The notes: generated by a model from the letters alone, not told the origin. 64,000 nucleotides of DNA from an uncultured delta proteobacterium (GCA_963832165.1 CAWHTE010000007.1:800001-864000), one strand, 5' to 3'; shown: positions 17,962 to 29,292, counted from the first letter of the stretch. Program-made: numbers and translations.

Positions 17962-18407
17962 AGCTCGTCCAGGAGTTCACCCTCACCGCAACGCTGAAGC
18001 CGCCGCTGCCGATCGGGGCCGGCCCGATCGGTACGCGCATGTACTACGAGGTGATCAGCGGAGCGATCACCGGCGAGCGGCTGCGCGGGACGCTGCTCGG
18101 CGGCGGCGAATGGGCGCTGATCGGACCGGACGGCTTTCTGAGGATCGATGTGCGTCTGCAGGCCGAAACCCACGATGGAGCCTACCTCTACATCCAGTAC
18201 ACCGGCCTCCTCGAATTGAACGAGGCTGTTCAGCGTGCGCTCGCGAGCGGCAAGGGCACCGACTTCGGCGAACAGTACTTCTTCACGAACCCGCGTATCG
18301 AGACCGGCGACAAGCGATACGCGTGGCTCAACACGACCTTCTTCATCGGCGAAGGTCACGCCCTTCCGGCGCTCGGCGTCGGGTATCGCGTCTGGCGCCC
18401 GGCTTGA
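17958..18407 (+). CDS. DUF3237 family protein
   Basis: IGAGPIGTR..GERLRGTLLGGGEW..DVRLQAETHDGA..ETGDKRYAWLN. Confidence 0.88.
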   Translation: MKLVQEFTLTATLKPPLPIGAGPIGTRMYYEVISGAITGERLRGTLLGGGEWALIGPDGFLRIDVRLQAETHDGAYLYIQYTGLLELNEAVQRALASGKGTDFGEQYFFTNPRIETGDKRYAWLNTTFFIGEGHALPALGVGYRVWRPA

Positions 18408-18784
18408 CCAAGAAACGACCTGCCCGGAAATCCAAGCGATCGGAGGCGTCGTTCGACACCGCTCGCGCGATCGCGCTCGGGCTTTCCGGCGTAGAGGAGG
18501 GCGCGTCCTACGGCACGCCCGCGTTCCGCGTGCGCGGAAAGATGTTTGCGCGCTTCCATCAGGACGGTGAGTCGCTCGTCGTGCGAGCCGACTTCGAGGC
18601 CCGCGAGGCCCTGCTGCGGGCCAACCCGAAGGCGTTCTACCTGACGGAGCACTATCGCGCGTATCCGTGGGTCCTGCTCCGGCTGGCCGCCATCTCGCGA
18701 TCCGATCTCTCCGATGTTCTCGAAGAGGCATGGCGCCGATGTGCTCCGCGGACCCTCGCCCAGCCCGCCACCCGGAAGCGCTAG
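18404..18784 (+). CDS. MmcQ/YjbR family protein
   Basis: VEEGASYGTPAFRVRGKMFAR..HYRAYPWVLLRL..EEAWR. Confidence 0.85.
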   Translation: MTKKRPARKSKRSEASFDTARAIALGLSGVEEGASYGTPAFRVRGKMFARFHQDGESLVVRADFEAREALLRANPKAFYLTEHYRAYPWVLLRLAAISRSDLSDVLEEAWRRCAPRTLAQPATRKR

Positions 18785-18981
18785 TCTTCCGGCCGGTCAA
18801 CCGACCCGAGGTTCCCGTTCGTGACTCCCGCGCAGTAGCCAGATCTCGACCGAAATTCGTTCGGCTACTTCACCGGTGCAATCGCACCGACATGCGGAGT
18901 GGTGTGACGCGAGGTCGGGGTCTGGCGGTGCGCGAGCCGTCATGAGATCTCCCGGCCTACCGCCACGACCAGTCCGCTCGC

Positions 18982-19007
18982 GTGAGCTCCCTCCGCCGGG
19001 AGCTCAC
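18982..19007 (+). promoter_or_regulatory. 10-bp hairpin covering the probable RBS of the next gene
   Basis: GTGAGCTCCC-TCCGCC-GGGAGCTCAC directly before TTG at 19010. Confidence 0.5.
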
Positions 19008-19009
19008 CC

Positions 19010-19568
19010 TTGCACGCCCTCGTATGGCGAGTGGTTCCGATTGCCGTTCCGACCTGGCCCGTCCGCTGCACGCGCTGCGGCGCACCCGAGCTCGAAACCA
19101 CCGAGAGATTCCGCGTCAACGCGAACGGACCCCTGCACGACGTCTGGTTGATCTATCGCTGTCCGCGCTGTGGCCTTCCGCGCAAGCGGTCGATCCTGCG
19201 CCGCATTCGCGAGAGCGCGAGCGGTTCGCTCGACACCTACCGCCACAGCGATCCGCAGGCGGCTGTGCGGTGGGCGTTCGAGCTGTCGCGCGGCGTGCCG
19301 GCGGCCTATCGCGTCGATCGACCGCCGCTCGCGCTGCCGACGGTCCTCGATGTGAGGATCGAGCAACCCGTTGCGTGCAGTGCGCGCTGGGATGTGTTCC
19401 TGGCCCGCGAGCTCGGCTGCTCCCGGTTGCTCCCGGTCGCACGTGCGCTCGGCGTGGCGATCGGGCGCGCTGCTCGTCGCGCCGGCGGCTCGCCCTCGCT
19501 CGGCGATTCGCGACGGCGATCGCTTCCGGACGCGGCTGGACGGGGCGGGACGCATGACAATTCCCTGA
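19010..19568 (+). pseudogene. DUF1062-like Zn-ribbon protein, frameshifted by a 10-bp tandem duplication
   Basis: CTRC..FRVNANG..DVWLIYRCPRC; TGCTCCCGGT duplicated at 19418..19437; removing one copy gives a continuous frame to 19568. Confidence 0.7.
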
Positions 19569-19614
19569 ATCGAATCCGCTATCTTGGCGCGCCTACCACA
19601 CCGGAGGCTCCGTC

Positions 19615-20037
19615 TTGGCCCGTCTCTCGTCCGCGCTGCTCTCGATCTCCCTCGCATTCGCGTTCGCCGCCGCCGCCGCGCGCGCGGGCGAAGCGCCGGA
19701 CTGGGACAAGCTCGCGGCGATCTCGCGCATCGAGATCCTCACCCACGACGAGGACGGCGACGTACGCGAGACCACGATCTGGTTCGCGGTGGTCGACGGG
19801 CAGGGCTTCATCCGCACCGGCGACAGCAACTGGGCCGAGAACATCCACCGCAATCCGAGCGACGTGGTGCTGCGGATCGAGGGCGTGGAGTATCCGCTGC
19901 GCGCGGAATTCATCGAGAACGACGCGCTGCGCGAGCGGATCGTCGCGGCATTCCGCGAGAAGTACGGCTGGACCGACGGCGCCGTCCAGTTCGTGCGCGG
20001 CAAGCGTCCCAACATCATGCACATGGTTTCTCGTTAG
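19615..20037 (+). CDS. Exported split-barrel protein (DUF2255 / nitroreductase-like)
   Basis: Signal peptide; RETTIWFAVVDG..WAENIHRNP..AFREKYGW. Confidence 0.65.
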   Translation: MARLSSALLSISLAFAFAAAAARAGEAPDWDKLAAISRIEILTHDEDGDVRETTIWFAVVDGQGFIRTGDSNWAENIHRNPSDVVLRIEGVEYPLRAEFIENDALRERIVAAFREKYGWTDGAVQFVRGKRPNIMHMVSR

Positions 20038-20055
20038 GCGCAGGTCGGGGTCCCC

Positions 20056-21735
20056 ATGTCCGAGCTCAACAAGTTCAGCCGACGCATCACGCAGCCGAAG
20101 TCGCAGGGTGGCTCGCAGGCGCAGCTCTACGCGGTGGGCCTCAGCGAAGCCGACATGGACAAGGCGCAGGTCGGGATCGCGAGCGTCTGGTTCGAGGGCA
20201 ACCCGTGCAACATGCACCTCCTCGATCTGGCGACGGCCGTGAAGGAGGGCGTCGCCGCGGCGGGCCTGGTCGGGCTGCGCTTCAACACGGTCGGCGTCTC
20301 CGACGGCACTTCGATGGGCACCGAGGGGATGAAGTACTCGCTCCAGTCGCGCGACCTGATCGCGGACTCGATCGAGACCGTGATGTGCGCGCAGTGGTAC
20401 GACGCGAACATCTCGATCCCGGGCTGCGACAAGAACATGCCGGGCTGCGTGATGGCGATGGGGCGGGTGAACCGGCCCTCGATCATGGTCTACGGCGGCA
20501 CGATCCGCCCAGGCAAGAGCCGCTCCGGCCAGCCGCTCGACATCGTCTCGGCGCTGACCTCGTACGGCGAGTTCATCGCGCACCGTATCGACGAGGACAC
20601 GCGCCGCGACATCGTGCGCCACGCGTGCCCGGGCGCCGGCGCGTGCGGTGGCATGTTCACCGCCAACACGATGGCGTCGGCGATCGAGGCGCTCGGCATG
20701 AGCCTGCCGGGCAGCTCGTCGACGCCGGCCGAGGATCCGGCGAAGCTGGACGAGTGCCGCCGCGCGGGCGACGCGATCAAGCACCTGCTCGAGCTCGATC
20801 TCAAGCCGCGCGACATCATGACGCGCGCCGCGTTCGAGAACGCGATGGTCGTGACGATGGTGCTCGGCGGCTCAACCAACGCCGTGCTTCACCTGATCGC
20901 GATGGCGCGCTCGGTCGGTGTGCCCCTCACGATCGACGACTTCCAGTCCGTGAGCGACCGCACGCCGTTCCTGGCCGATCTGCGGCCGAGCGGCCGCTAT
21001 GCGATGGAGGATCTCCACGACGTCGGCGGTGTGCCCGCGCTCATGAAGATGCTGCTCGCGCGCGGCGCGCTCGATGGCAGCTGCATCACGGTCACGGGCA
21101 AGACCCTCGCGGAGAACCTCGCCGATGCGCCCGATCTCGCGCCGGGTCAGACCGTGATCCACGCGTGGGACGACCCGATCAAGGAGACGGGCCACATCCA
21201 GATCCTGCGCGGCAATCTCGCTCTGGATGGCTGCGTCGCGAAGATCACCGGCAAGGAAGGGCTCGCGTTCAGCGGCACCGCGATCGCGTTCGACTCCGAG
21301 GAGGCGATGCTCGCGGCGCTCGAGCGCGGGGAGATCCGCAAGGGCCACGTGATCGTGATCCGCTACGAGGGGCCGCGCGGCGGGCCCGGCATGCGCGAGA
21401 TGCTCACGCCGACCTCGGCGATCGTGGGGATGGGGCTCGCTGCCGACACCGCGCTCGTCACGGACGGGCGCTTCTCGGGCGGATCGGCCGGATTCATCAT
21501 CGGGCACGTGACGCCCGAGGCGCAGGACGGCGGGGCGATCGCGCTCGTGCACGACGGCGACCGGATCACGATCGACGCGAAGAAGCGCACGATCGACCTC
21601 GAGGTGAGCGCCGCGGAGCTCGAACGGCGCCGCGCGGCCTGGACCGCGCCGCCGCTGCGCGCCACGCGCGGCACGCTCGCGAGGTACATCCGGAACGTGC
21701 GCCCGGCCTCCGAAGGCTGCGTGACGGACGAGTAG
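20056..21735 (+). CDS. ilvD: Dihydroxy-acid dehydratase
   Basis: [55 protein letters not shown]. Confidence 0.97.
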   Translation: MSELNKFSRRITQPKSQGGSQAQLYAVGLSEADMDKAQVGIASVWFEGNPCNMHLLDLATAVKEGVAAAGLVGLRFNTVGVSDGTSMGTEGMKYSLQSRDLIADSIETVMCAQWYDANISIPGCDKNMPGCVMAMGRVNRPSIMVYGGTIRPGKSRSGQPLDIVSALTSYGEFIAHRIDEDTRRDIVRHACPGAGACGGMFTANTMASAIEALGMSLPGSSSTPAEDPAKLDECRRAGDAIKHLLELDLKPRDIMTRAAFENAMVVTMVLGGSTNAVLHLIAMARSVGVPLTIDDFQSVSDRTPFLADLRPSGRYAMEDLHDVGGVPALMKMLLARGALDGSCITVTGKTLAENLADAPDLAPGQTVIHAWDDPIKETGHIQILRGNLALDGCVAKITGKEGLAFSGTAIAFDSEEAMLAALERGEIRKGHVIVIRYEGPRGGPGMREMLTPTSAIVGMGLAADTALVTDGRFSGGSAGFIIGHVTPEAQDGGAIALVHDGDRITIDAKKRTIDLEVSAAELERRRAAWTAPPLRATRGTLARYIRNVRPASEGCVTDE

Positions 21736-21737
21736 AC

Positions 21738-22297
21738 GTGCGCGTCTCGATCGTCATTCCCTGCTTCAACGAAGCGGAGACCATCGAGGCGCTCGTCGAA
21801 GCGGTGCGCGCCGTCGGACCTCCCAGACCGGGAGATCGTGCTCGTCGACGACGGCTCGACGGATGCGACCGATCGTGCAGGCCAAGCTCGCGGGGCGCGT
21901 CGACCGCGCGCTGCGCCACGAGCGCAACCGCGGCAAGGGCGCCGCGCTGCGCACGGGGTTCGCCGGCGGCGAGTCTCACCGCGTGCTCTATTTCTGGCAC
22001 GCGGTGATGTACAAGCTGCTCACGCTGCTCTCGAACGTGCTGACCGACTTGAACCTCACCGACATGGAGGCCTGCTACAAGGCGTTCCGGCGCGAGGTGC
22101 TCGAGCGCATCGAGCTCGAGGAGGATCGCTTCGGCTTCGAGCCCGAGATCACCGCGAAGGCGGCCCGGCTTCGCGTGCGGATCTACGAGGTGGGCGTCTC
22201 CTACGCAGGCCGCACCTACGCCGAGGGCAAGAAGGTCGGCTGGCGCGACGGCCTGCACGCCGTCTGGTGCGTGCTGAAGTACAACCTGCTGCGCTAG
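21738..22297 (+). pseudogene. GT2 (DPM1-like) glycosyltransferase with frameshifts and an internal deletion
   Basis: VSIVIPCFNE, LVDDGSTD and NRGKGAALRTGF fall in different frames; the QDADLEY segment is missing before GGESHRVLYFWH; TDMEACYK and FGFEPEIT are present. Confidence 0.8.
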
Positions 22298-22312
22298 CGG
22301 GTGGTCGTGCTC

Positions 22313-22720
22313 CTAGCGAGGAGTGCGCTCGAACGCCGGAATGCCCTCGGGCACGTGGTGCCACGCCTGCTTCTCGGCGGTGTAGATCGCCATCTGCGGC
22401 CCGCCGAACACGCTCGGATCGTCGAGCGATCCCACCTTGATCAGCACGATCCCCGCGAGCCCCGGCGCGTGCGTGAGCAGATGGGTGCCGCACTCGGCGC
22501 AGAACTCGCGCGTGACCGGCGTCGCGAGATCCTTGCGCTGGAACGGCTTGCCCGCGCCGCGCGTATACGCGAAGCCGGTCGCGGGCACACCCATCACGAA
22601 GTTCGGGGCGCCGCCCGTGATGTACTGACACTCGCGGCAGTGACACTGGCCCTTGAGCACCGCATCGCCCTCGATGCGGTAACGCACCGCGCCGCAGTAG
22701 CAACCGCCTTCGACGTTCAT
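22313..22720 (-). CDS. GFA family protein
   Basis: GGCYCGAVRY, CHCRECQ, FCAECGT. Confidence 0.92.
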   Translation of the reverse strand: MNVEGGCYCGAVRYRIEGDAVLKGQCHCRECQYITGGAPNFVMGVPATGFAYTRGAGKPFQRKDLATPVTREFCAECGTHLLTHAPGLAGIVLIKVGSLDDPSVFGGPQMAIYTAEKQAWHHVPEGIPAFERTPR

Positions 22721-22733
22721 TGCGATCCTCCTG

Positions 22734-23759
22734 TCATTCTGCGCGCGCGATCTCCTCGATCCGCGCGAGCGCTTCGTCGATGTCGCCCGCCGACACGTCG
22801 AGATGCGTGACGGCGCGGAAGCGACCCGGAGCGATCTGGTTGATGCGCAGCGCGCGATCGCGCAGGCCGCGCGCGAACGCGGCGGCGTCATCAACCTCGA
22901 ACATCACCATGTTCGTCTCGGGCGCGGGACGCACGGCGATGCCCAGCGCGGCCAGTCCCTCGGCGAGCCGTTTCGCGTTCGCGTGGTCGAGCGCGAGCCG
23001 ATCGATGTGATGGTCGAGCGCGTACAGGCCCGCGGCCGCGAGGATCCCCGCCTGGCGCATCGCGCCGCCGAGCAGCTTGCGCGCGCGGTGCACCTCGCGG
23101 ATCTGCGCATGGCTGCCGCACACGAGCGAGCCCACGGGCGCGCCGAGCCCCTTCGAGAGGCAGAAGCTCACCGTGTCGAACGGCTCGGCCCAGACCGCGG
23201 CGGGCACCCCCGTCGCGATCACCGCATTGAACAGCCGCGCGCCGTCGAGGTGGATCCCGAGCCCGAGCTCGCGCGCGGCGGCAGCCGCGTCGCGCAGCGC
23301 GTCGAGCGGGAAGATCCGGCCGCCCGCGAAGTTGTGGGTATTCTCGAACGCGAGCACGCGCGTGGGCGCGACGTGGGAATCCTGGGAGGGAACCACGGCC
23401 TGCCGCACGTCGCGCGCGTCGAACAGGCCGTCGCGGCCGATCGTCTTCACGTGCACGCCCCAGAGCGCGGCCGGCGCACCCGCCTCGTAGCGCAACAGGT
23501 GTGCGTTCTCGCTCGCGAGCACCACGTCTCCCGGGCGCGTGAGCGTGCGCAGCGACGCCTGGTTCCCCATGCTGCCCGACGGCACGAACAGCGCGGCTTC
23601 CTTGCCGAGCAGCGCAGCCGCGCGGCGCTGCAGCGCATCCACGGTCGGGTCTTCGCCGTAGACGTCGTCGCCGACGGGTGCCTTCGCGATCGCCTCGCGC
23701 ATCGCGGGCGTCGGCTGGGTGACGGTGTCGCTGCGCAGGTCGATCGATCGGAGGCTCAC
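22734..23759 (-). CDS. ltaE: Low-specificity L-threonine aldolase
   Basis: [44 protein letters not shown]. Confidence 0.93.
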   Translation of the reverse strand: MSLRSIDLRSDTVTQPTPAMREAIAKAPVGDDVYGEDPTVDALQRRAAALLGKEAALFVPSGSMGNQASLRTLTRPGDVVLASENAHLLRYEAGAPAALWGVHVKTIGRDGLFDARDVRQAVVPSQDSHVAPTRVLAFENTHNFAGGRIFPLDALRDAAAAARELGLGIHLDGARLFNAVIATGVPAAVWAEPFDTVSFCLSKGLGAPVGSLVCGSHAQIREVHRARKLLGGAMRQAGILAAAGLYALDHHIDRLALDHANAKRLAEGLAALGIAVRPAPETNMVMFEVDDAAAFARGLRDRALRINQIAPGRFRAVTHLDVSAGDIDEALARIEEIARAE

Positions 23760-25156
23760 GTCCGCGGCCAGTCGTGCGCCCACGGCCGCGCGCGTTCGAA
23801 CGCGAACGCGGCTTGCAGCACGAGATCGTCGCGGTGGCGCGGCGCGGCGATCTGCAGGCCGACCGGCAGTCCCGCCTTCGAAAGACCCGCTCGCACCGTG
23901 GCCGCGGGGTGCCAGGACAGGTTCCACGGAATCGTGAAGCTCGCGACGCCGACGGGCGCCTGGACGCGGCCCTCGGTCTCCGCGGGCAGGGGTCCGCGCG
24001 CGGGCGGCGCATCGAACGGAACCGTCGGCGTGAGCACGAGGTCGTAGCGATCGAATATTTCGGCGCACCAGCGGTTGAGCTTCTCGCGCTCGCGGCGGAT
24101 CTCCGCCCAGAACAAAGGTGTCATGCGCCGCCCCGCGAGCATGCCCTGGAGATAACCGCGCCCGAACTCGTGCTCGTGCTCGGCCAACAGGGGCTCGATC
24201 TTCCCCAGCCCCTCGAACGCACCGAGCATGCCCCACTTGCGGCCGAGCTCCGGCGGGCCGCCCTCGAACTCCTCGAAGCGGTGGTCCTGCGCGAAGAAGC
24301 GCGCCGCATCGTACGCGAGGTCGGCGACGTCGCTCTGCACCACGGCATAGCCGAAATCCGCCGAATAGCCGACGCGCAGCCCGCTCGGCAGATCGCCGAG
24401 CACCGCGCGGTACGAGATGCCCGGGTGCGGCAGCGAGTTGGGGTCGCGCGGGTGTGCGCCCGCGGTGAGATCGAGGAACAGCGCGGCGTCTTCGACCGTG
24501 CGCGTGAGCGGTCCGTGCACGGCGGTGTCGTCCATCACCCAGAGCTCGCCGTCGTGCGGGATCCGGCCGTAGCTCGGCTTGAGCCCGAAGCAGCCCGTGA
24601 ACGATGCGGGCAGGCGCACCGATCCTCCGCCGTCGCTCGCGGTGACGAGCGAGACGACGCCACCCGCGATCGCCGCGGAGGATCCGCCCGACGACCCGCC
24701 CGGCGTGCGCTCGAGATTCCACGGATTGCGCGACGCGCCGAACAGCAGGTTCTTGGTGATCGCGGTATGCCCGAACTCGGGAGCGTTGGTCTTGCCGACC
24801 ACGATGGCGCCGGCGCCGCGCAGCCGCTCCACCTGGGCCGAGTCGGCGCTCGCGAGGTTGTCCTTGAACGGAACCGAGCCGTGCGACGTCACGAGCCCGC
24901 GCGCGTCTTCGAGGTCCTTCACGCCGAGCGGGATCCCCTCGAGCGGGCGCGCGTCGCCGCTCGCGATCCGCTGATCCGCGGCGCGCGCTGCAGCGAGCAA
25001 TGCATCGCGATCGTCGACCGCGGCGAACGCATTGAGCGTCTCGTGCGTCGCGTCGATGCGCCCGAGCGTCTCGGTCATGAGCTCGACGGCCGAGACCGAT
25101 CGCCGCGCGAGCGCTTCGATCTGCTGGGTGAGGGGGCGGAACAGGAGATCCGACAT
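23756..25156 (-). CDS. Amidase signature family protein
   Basis: [34 protein letters not shown]. Confidence 0.93.
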   Translation of the reverse strand: MSDLLFRPLTQQIEALARRSVSAVELMTETLGRIDATHETLNAFAAVDDRDALLAAARAADQRIASGDARPLEGIPLGVKDLEDARGLVTSHGSVPFKDNLASADSAQVERLRGAGAIVVGKTNAPEFGHTAITKNLLFGASRNPWNLERTPGGSSGGSSAAIAGGVVSLVTASDGGGSVRLPASFTGCFGLKPSYGRIPHDGELWVMDDTAVHGPLTRTVEDAALFLDLTAGAHPRDPNSLPHPGISYRAVLGDLPSGLRVGYSADFGYAVVQSDVADLAYDAARFFAQDHRFEEFEGGPPELGRKWGMLGAFEGLGKIEPLLAEHEHEFGRGYLQGMLAGRRMTPLFWAEIRREREKLNRWCAEIFDRYDLVLTPTVPFDAPPARGPLPAETEGRVQAPVGVASFTIPWNLSWHPAATVRAGLSKAGLPVGLQIAAPRHRDDLVLQAAFAFERARPWAHDWPRT

Positions 25157-25194
25157 GGCGGTACCTCGCGGTGTTCGGGGTGCCCGCCAGCTTA

Positions 25195-26016
25195 TCAGCT
25201 GGGCGCAGGCGCGTGGGCGGAGAGGTGCTGGGTGACCGCGACGATCACCTCGATCGGGCGCTCCAGGTGGACGTTGTGTCCCGCACCCGAGATCTCGATC
25301 AGCCGCGCAGACGGCAGCTTCGCCACTGCCGCTTCCGCGCCGTCTCTCGTGAGCAGCGTGCTGTGGGCCCCGCGGATCACGAGCGCCGGGCAGCGCACGT
25401 CCTCGAGCCGTTCGTGCGGCGTCGGCGGCAGCCCGAACCAGCGTGGATCGAATTTGTAGACGAACCGGCCATCGGGCAGCTCGCGGATCGAGCGCTCGGC
25501 GAGCGACTCGCGCACGCGTTCGGACACACCCGGTGTCGACGGCATCAGGCGGTAGCGCGCGATCGCCTCTTCGCGCGTCGCGTAGGAGCGACGCAGCGAG
25601 AGCGCGAGGCGCGTGCGGCGACGCTCGCGCGCGGCCGCACCGAACGAGACCTCGATCGCCACGAGCCCCCACACGCGGGGATGTCGAGCGGCGAAATCGA
25701 GTGCGATGTGACCACCCATCGAATGCCCGACGAGTGCTATGTCTTCGTGGCCGAGCTCTGCGACGAGCGCTTCGAGATCGCGATGAAACGCGCCGACGAC
25801 GAGCTCTTCGGGATGATCGCTGTCTCCGTGACCGCGAAAATCCAGACACACGACCCGGAAGTGCTCCGCGAGTGACGGGGCGATTTCGTCCCACCAATGC
25901 AGGTTTGCGCCGCCGCCGTGCAACATCACCACGCACGGTGAACTCGGGTCGCCGCGCAGCTCGGCGTTGAGGGAGACCCCGTCGAGCTCGGGTCGGGTGA
26001 AGCGCAGCGTCTCCAT
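25195..26016 (-). CDS. Alpha/beta hydrolase
   Basis: [25 protein letters not shown]. Confidence 0.9.
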   Translation of the reverse strand: METLRFTRPELDGVSLNAELRGDPSSPCVVMLHGGGANLHWWDEIAPSLAEHFRVVCLDFRGHGDSDHPEELVVGAFHRDLEALVAELGHEDIALVGHSMGGHIALDFAARHPRVWGLVAIEVSFGAAARERRRTRLALSLRRSYATREEAIARYRLMPSTPGVSERVRESLAERSIRELPDGRFVYKFDPRWFGLPPTPHERLEDVRCPALVIRGAHSTLLTRDGAEAAVAKLPSARLIEISGAGHNVHLERPIEVIVAVTQHLSAHAPAPS

Positions 26017-26154
26017 GTCGCGCGCCGATGCTAGCCCGGCGGTGCCCCTCGCGTGCGTCTGTCGCGGTCGAGTGAGCCCGCACACGCACAACTCGGGCTC
26101 CGATCGAGGCAGCGCGGAAATGGCTCGGGGAGCCCGAAATCGGGCGTTTTTCGA

Positions 26155-26183
26155 TTGTCACCGACGCTCGACACCCCTATGAT
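26155..26183 (+). promoter_or_regulatory. Sigma70-type promoter of the histone gene
   Basis: TTGTCA-N17-TATGAT, 5/6 match in each box. Confidence 0.7.
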
Positions 26184-26258
26184 CCGGCCCGCCTTCGAGC
26201 ATTCGACGTGTTCGACGAGCCGAAAACGTGACCGAGAAATGTGGAGTGGGAGGAACCG

Positions 26259-26462
26259 ATGGCAGCCAAGAAGAAGGCCGCGAAGGCGACGGGTGGTGAT
26301 CTGATCATCTCCAAGTCGCGCACCAAGGCCGCAGCGAAGAAGTGCAACGTCGGGAGCGAGTTCTATGGCGCGCTCGACAAGAAGGTTCGAGCGATCATCG
26401 CGGACGCCGAGGGGCGCGCGACCGGCAACAAGCGCAAGACGCTGAAGGCCGTCGACCTCTAG
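26259..26462 (+). CDS. Bacterial histone-fold protein (DUF1931 / face-to-face type) with a Lys/Ala-rich N-terminal tail
   Basis: 67 aa, basic; LIISKS..NVGSEFYGALDKKVRAIIADAEGRA..NKRKTLKAVDL including the RKT...DL histone signature; GGAGG RBS. Confidence 0.88.
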   Translation: MAAKKKAAKATGGDLIISKSRTKAAAKKCNVGSEFYGALDKKVRAIIADAEGRATGNKRKTLKAVDL

Positions 26463-26492
26463 CCTCGAAGGCTGGAGCGTCGGGGATCTAAG

Positions 26493-26526
26493 ACGGGCCC
26501 GCCGGCAATGCCGGCGGGCCCGTTCT
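26493..26526. terminator. Hairpin terminator between convergent genes
   Basis: 14-bp perfect stem ACGGGCCCGCCGGC-AAT-GCCGGCGGGCCCGT; weak T tract. Confidence 0.7.
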
Positions 26527-26538
26527 GCTGGAGCCCGG

Positions 26539-28158
26539 CTACGGAACCGCGTAGAACCGCAGCGCCGATGGGCGCTCGTGGTCGTGATACACGGTGCGCA
26601 CGAGCGGCGCGGGGTCGCCGGGCTCACAGCGCGCGAAGCGCGGCAGCGACGAGCCCGCCACCTCGACGCGCAGCCGCGTCCCCGCGGCGATCCGCGCCGC
26701 CGCGACGCCGAGATCGATTTCGAATGGGCCTGCGTCCGGGTGCGCGCGCGCGATGCCCTCGGCGAGCCAGCGCGCGGCGCCGTTCGGCGCGACCGCGACG
26801 AGCTTCGCGCTCGTGTCCTGCGCGGATGCGGGCGCGTCCGCGTGCAGGCAGAGCCGCACGCGGCCCGCGATCTCGAGCGATGCCGAGAGCGGCTCGCCCG
26901 TGAAGCAGAGCACGTCGCCGCGCTCCTCCACGGGTCGCTGATCGACGGCGCCCGCGACACCCGCGACGGCCGCACCGCCCAGCGAGGGAACGGGATCCGC
27001 CGGATCCGACACGAACGAGTCGGCGCGGTCCTGGCCGGGCTCGGCCGCGAGCCGGCCATCTCCCGCGGCCGAGTTCGCGGAGCCATCGCCGCGCAGGTAG
27101 AGCGTGTGCTCGCGCGTCGATTCGGGCGGCCAGCGCAGCGCCTCGCGCCAGCCCGCACCGCGCACGAACACGCGCGCGGGCACGTCGCGCACGGGACGCG
27201 CTCCCACGGCGTGCGCGACGAAGCGGAGCACGGCGCGCGAGGTCACCGCGATGAGGTTCGTCCCGCGCGCGCGCTCCTCGCGCGGAATCGGTGCGGCGCC
27301 CCAGGGCCCGATCAGCAGCTCGGGCGCGGCGAGCCCGCGCTCGGCGTTGTGCGCGGAGATCGTCTCGAAGTCGGCATAGACCGCCGGGAACGCGCACTCG
27401 TACCAACCGCCCAGGAACAGCGCGCGCGGCGGTGACGCGGGGAGCGCGGGCGTGCGATCGCGCCACCACGCGTCTCGCTTCGGATGCGCGAGCCAATCGC
27501 GAAACGCAGAAAGCTCGCGCAGCGCGACGCGGTCGCACTCGCCGAGCGGGCGATGGCGCGCAGCGCGATCGAGATCGAGCGCGCTGGGCTCGTAGCCGAA
27601 GCGACCGTCGACGCGCGCGGCGAGAGCGAGTGCCGCTTCGAGCTGCAGCACACCGCCCGGGTGCAGCCACGCATACGGATCGCGCGCGCCGAATCCCGCG
27701 ACGAGCCCCGCCACGGGCGCGCTCGCGGCCGATAGCGCGGCCCACGCCGCGAACGCGGAGTAGCCGACGCCGAGCAGCACGACTGATCCGTCGCACCAGG
27801 GCTGCTCGGAGATCCAGCGCAGCGCCGCGTCTCCGTCGGCGACCTCGTCGGCGAACGGCCGGAACTCACCCTCCGAGGCATCGCGGCCGCGACAGGTCTG
27901 GATCGCCACGGTGCGGCCGTCCTCGGCGAGCCAGTGGGCCAGGCGTTCGATCGGGCTTCCCGCGTTACCGCCCGCGAGCGGGCGCTCGGTGCGGATCAGC
28001 ACGGTGCCGCGCCGGACGCTCGCGTCGCTGGGTCGCAGCACGCGCGTCGCGAGCCGCACACCGTCGGCCGCCGTCATCCACGCGTTCGACTCGAGCACCG
28101 CCGAGCGCGCGGGCGGGAGGCCGAGCCACCGCCGCTCGAGGCGACGGCGAGCGCTCAA
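26539..28158 (-). CDS. CocE/NonD family hydrolase
   Basis: DGVRLAT, RGRDASEGEF, GGWYE, LIGPW, DPADPVPSLGG, VEERGDVLCFT; nucleophile region reads GVGYS, so it may be divergent. Confidence 0.82.
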   Translation of the reverse strand: MSARRRLERRWLGLPPARSAVLESNAWMTAADGVRLATRVLRPSDASVRRGTVLIRTERPLAGGNAGSPIERLAHWLAEDGRTVAIQTCRGRDASEGEFRPFADEVADGDAALRWISEQPWCDGSVVLLGVGYSAFAAWAALSAASAPVAGLVAGFGARDPYAWLHPGGVLQLEAALALAARVDGRFGYEPSALDLDRAARHRPLGECDRVALRELSAFRDWLAHPKRDAWWRDRTPALPASPPRALFLGGWYECAFPAVYADFETISAHNAERGLAAPELLIGPWGAAPIPREERARGTNLIAVTSRAVLRFVAHAVGARPVRDVPARVFVRGAGWREALRWPPESTREHTLYLRGDGSANSAAGDGRLAAEPGQDRADSFVSDPADPVPSLGGAAVAGVAGAVDQRPVEERGDVLCFTGEPLSASLEIAGRVRLCLHADAPASAQDTSAKLVAVAPNGAARWLAEGIARAHPDAGPFEIDLGVAAARIAAGTRLRVEVAGSSLPRFARCEPGDPAPLVRTVYHDHERPSALRFYAVP

Positions 28159-29292
28159 GCGCGTGCGCCGTCGGGATCGAGGTTGACGCCGACCCGGAAC
28201 AGGTGTTCGACGCCCGCGCGCCGCAGCACCTCCGGATCGCGCAGGCCGTGCTCCGCGGCGAGATGGGCGAGCCCCGCGCTCGCGAAGCGCGCGGCCTTCG
28301 CGATCGCGGCCGGCGTCGACTCGGCGTCGCCGAGCGGCAGGCGGTCGGCCACGGCGATCCGGTTCGCGAGCGCGATCAACGCGTAGAAGATCGCGCGGCG
28401 CTCCACCTCGTCGAGCTCGGCGATCGCGCGGAAGATCCGATCGCCCGCGCCGCCGGTCGCGGGCAGCTGGGGTAGCCAGATCGGGCAGCGGCCACTCCGC
28501 GGGCACGAGCGTCTCTTCCGCCGGAAGCTCGCGACGCGCGCGCTCGTCGAGGAACCGGTACACGCGCATCGCGTCGTCCCAGGTCGGGAAGCCCAGATCC
28601 TCGAGCCGGCCCGTGCGCCAGCGCAGCGCCCACTCTTCCGAATCGGATTCGAGCTCCCACATGATCGCCTGCATCAGGCGGAAGTAGCTCCAGTACGCGC
28701 TCTCGAACAGCGAGCGCAAGAGACCCGTGACGTCGGCGATGTCGTCGCCGTCGGCGAGCGCCCAGTAGTGGAACTGCCCCTCGAGCGTCAGCGAGTCGGC
28801 GGGCGGCGACCAGCCCTGCCAATCGTCGGGCTTCTGCTCGACGCCGATCCGCGCGCGCAGCGCGAGCACGAGCAGCTCGCTGTCGATCGACTCGAGCGTG
28901 CGCACCTGCGCTTCTGACGAGGTACGCGCGAACGCCTGGAGCCACTCGTTCGCGGTCGCGATGTCGACGTCGTTGCCGCGCCACGCGTCGAGATCGAGCG
29001 CCGCGACGGTCTGCTCGGGTGTCGCGTACTCGATCACCCACGCCGCATCGGCGAGGCCGATCGCCTTGACCGTGAAGCAGAACTCCGCGGGCGGGAGCTC
29101 CGGGATCAGCGCTTCGGGATTCGGTACGAGCCCGAGGATGCGGCCGCGGTCCGCGAGCGGCGACTCGCACACGATCGCCACCTGCGCGTCGAGCGGAAGG
29201 CCGGCGAGCGCCCGTTCGGCCGCTTTCGGATCGCGGCGCGCGAGAGCGAGCAGCTCTTGCGCGCCGGGTTCGGTGCGAGCGACCCCGTCCAT
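28155..29292 (-). CDS. DUF6178-like protein (apparent frameshift near 28480)
   Basis: YATPEQ..LDLDAW..EEWALRWRTGRLEDLGFP; another frame continues LANRIAVAD..LFRVG. Confidence 0.65.
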
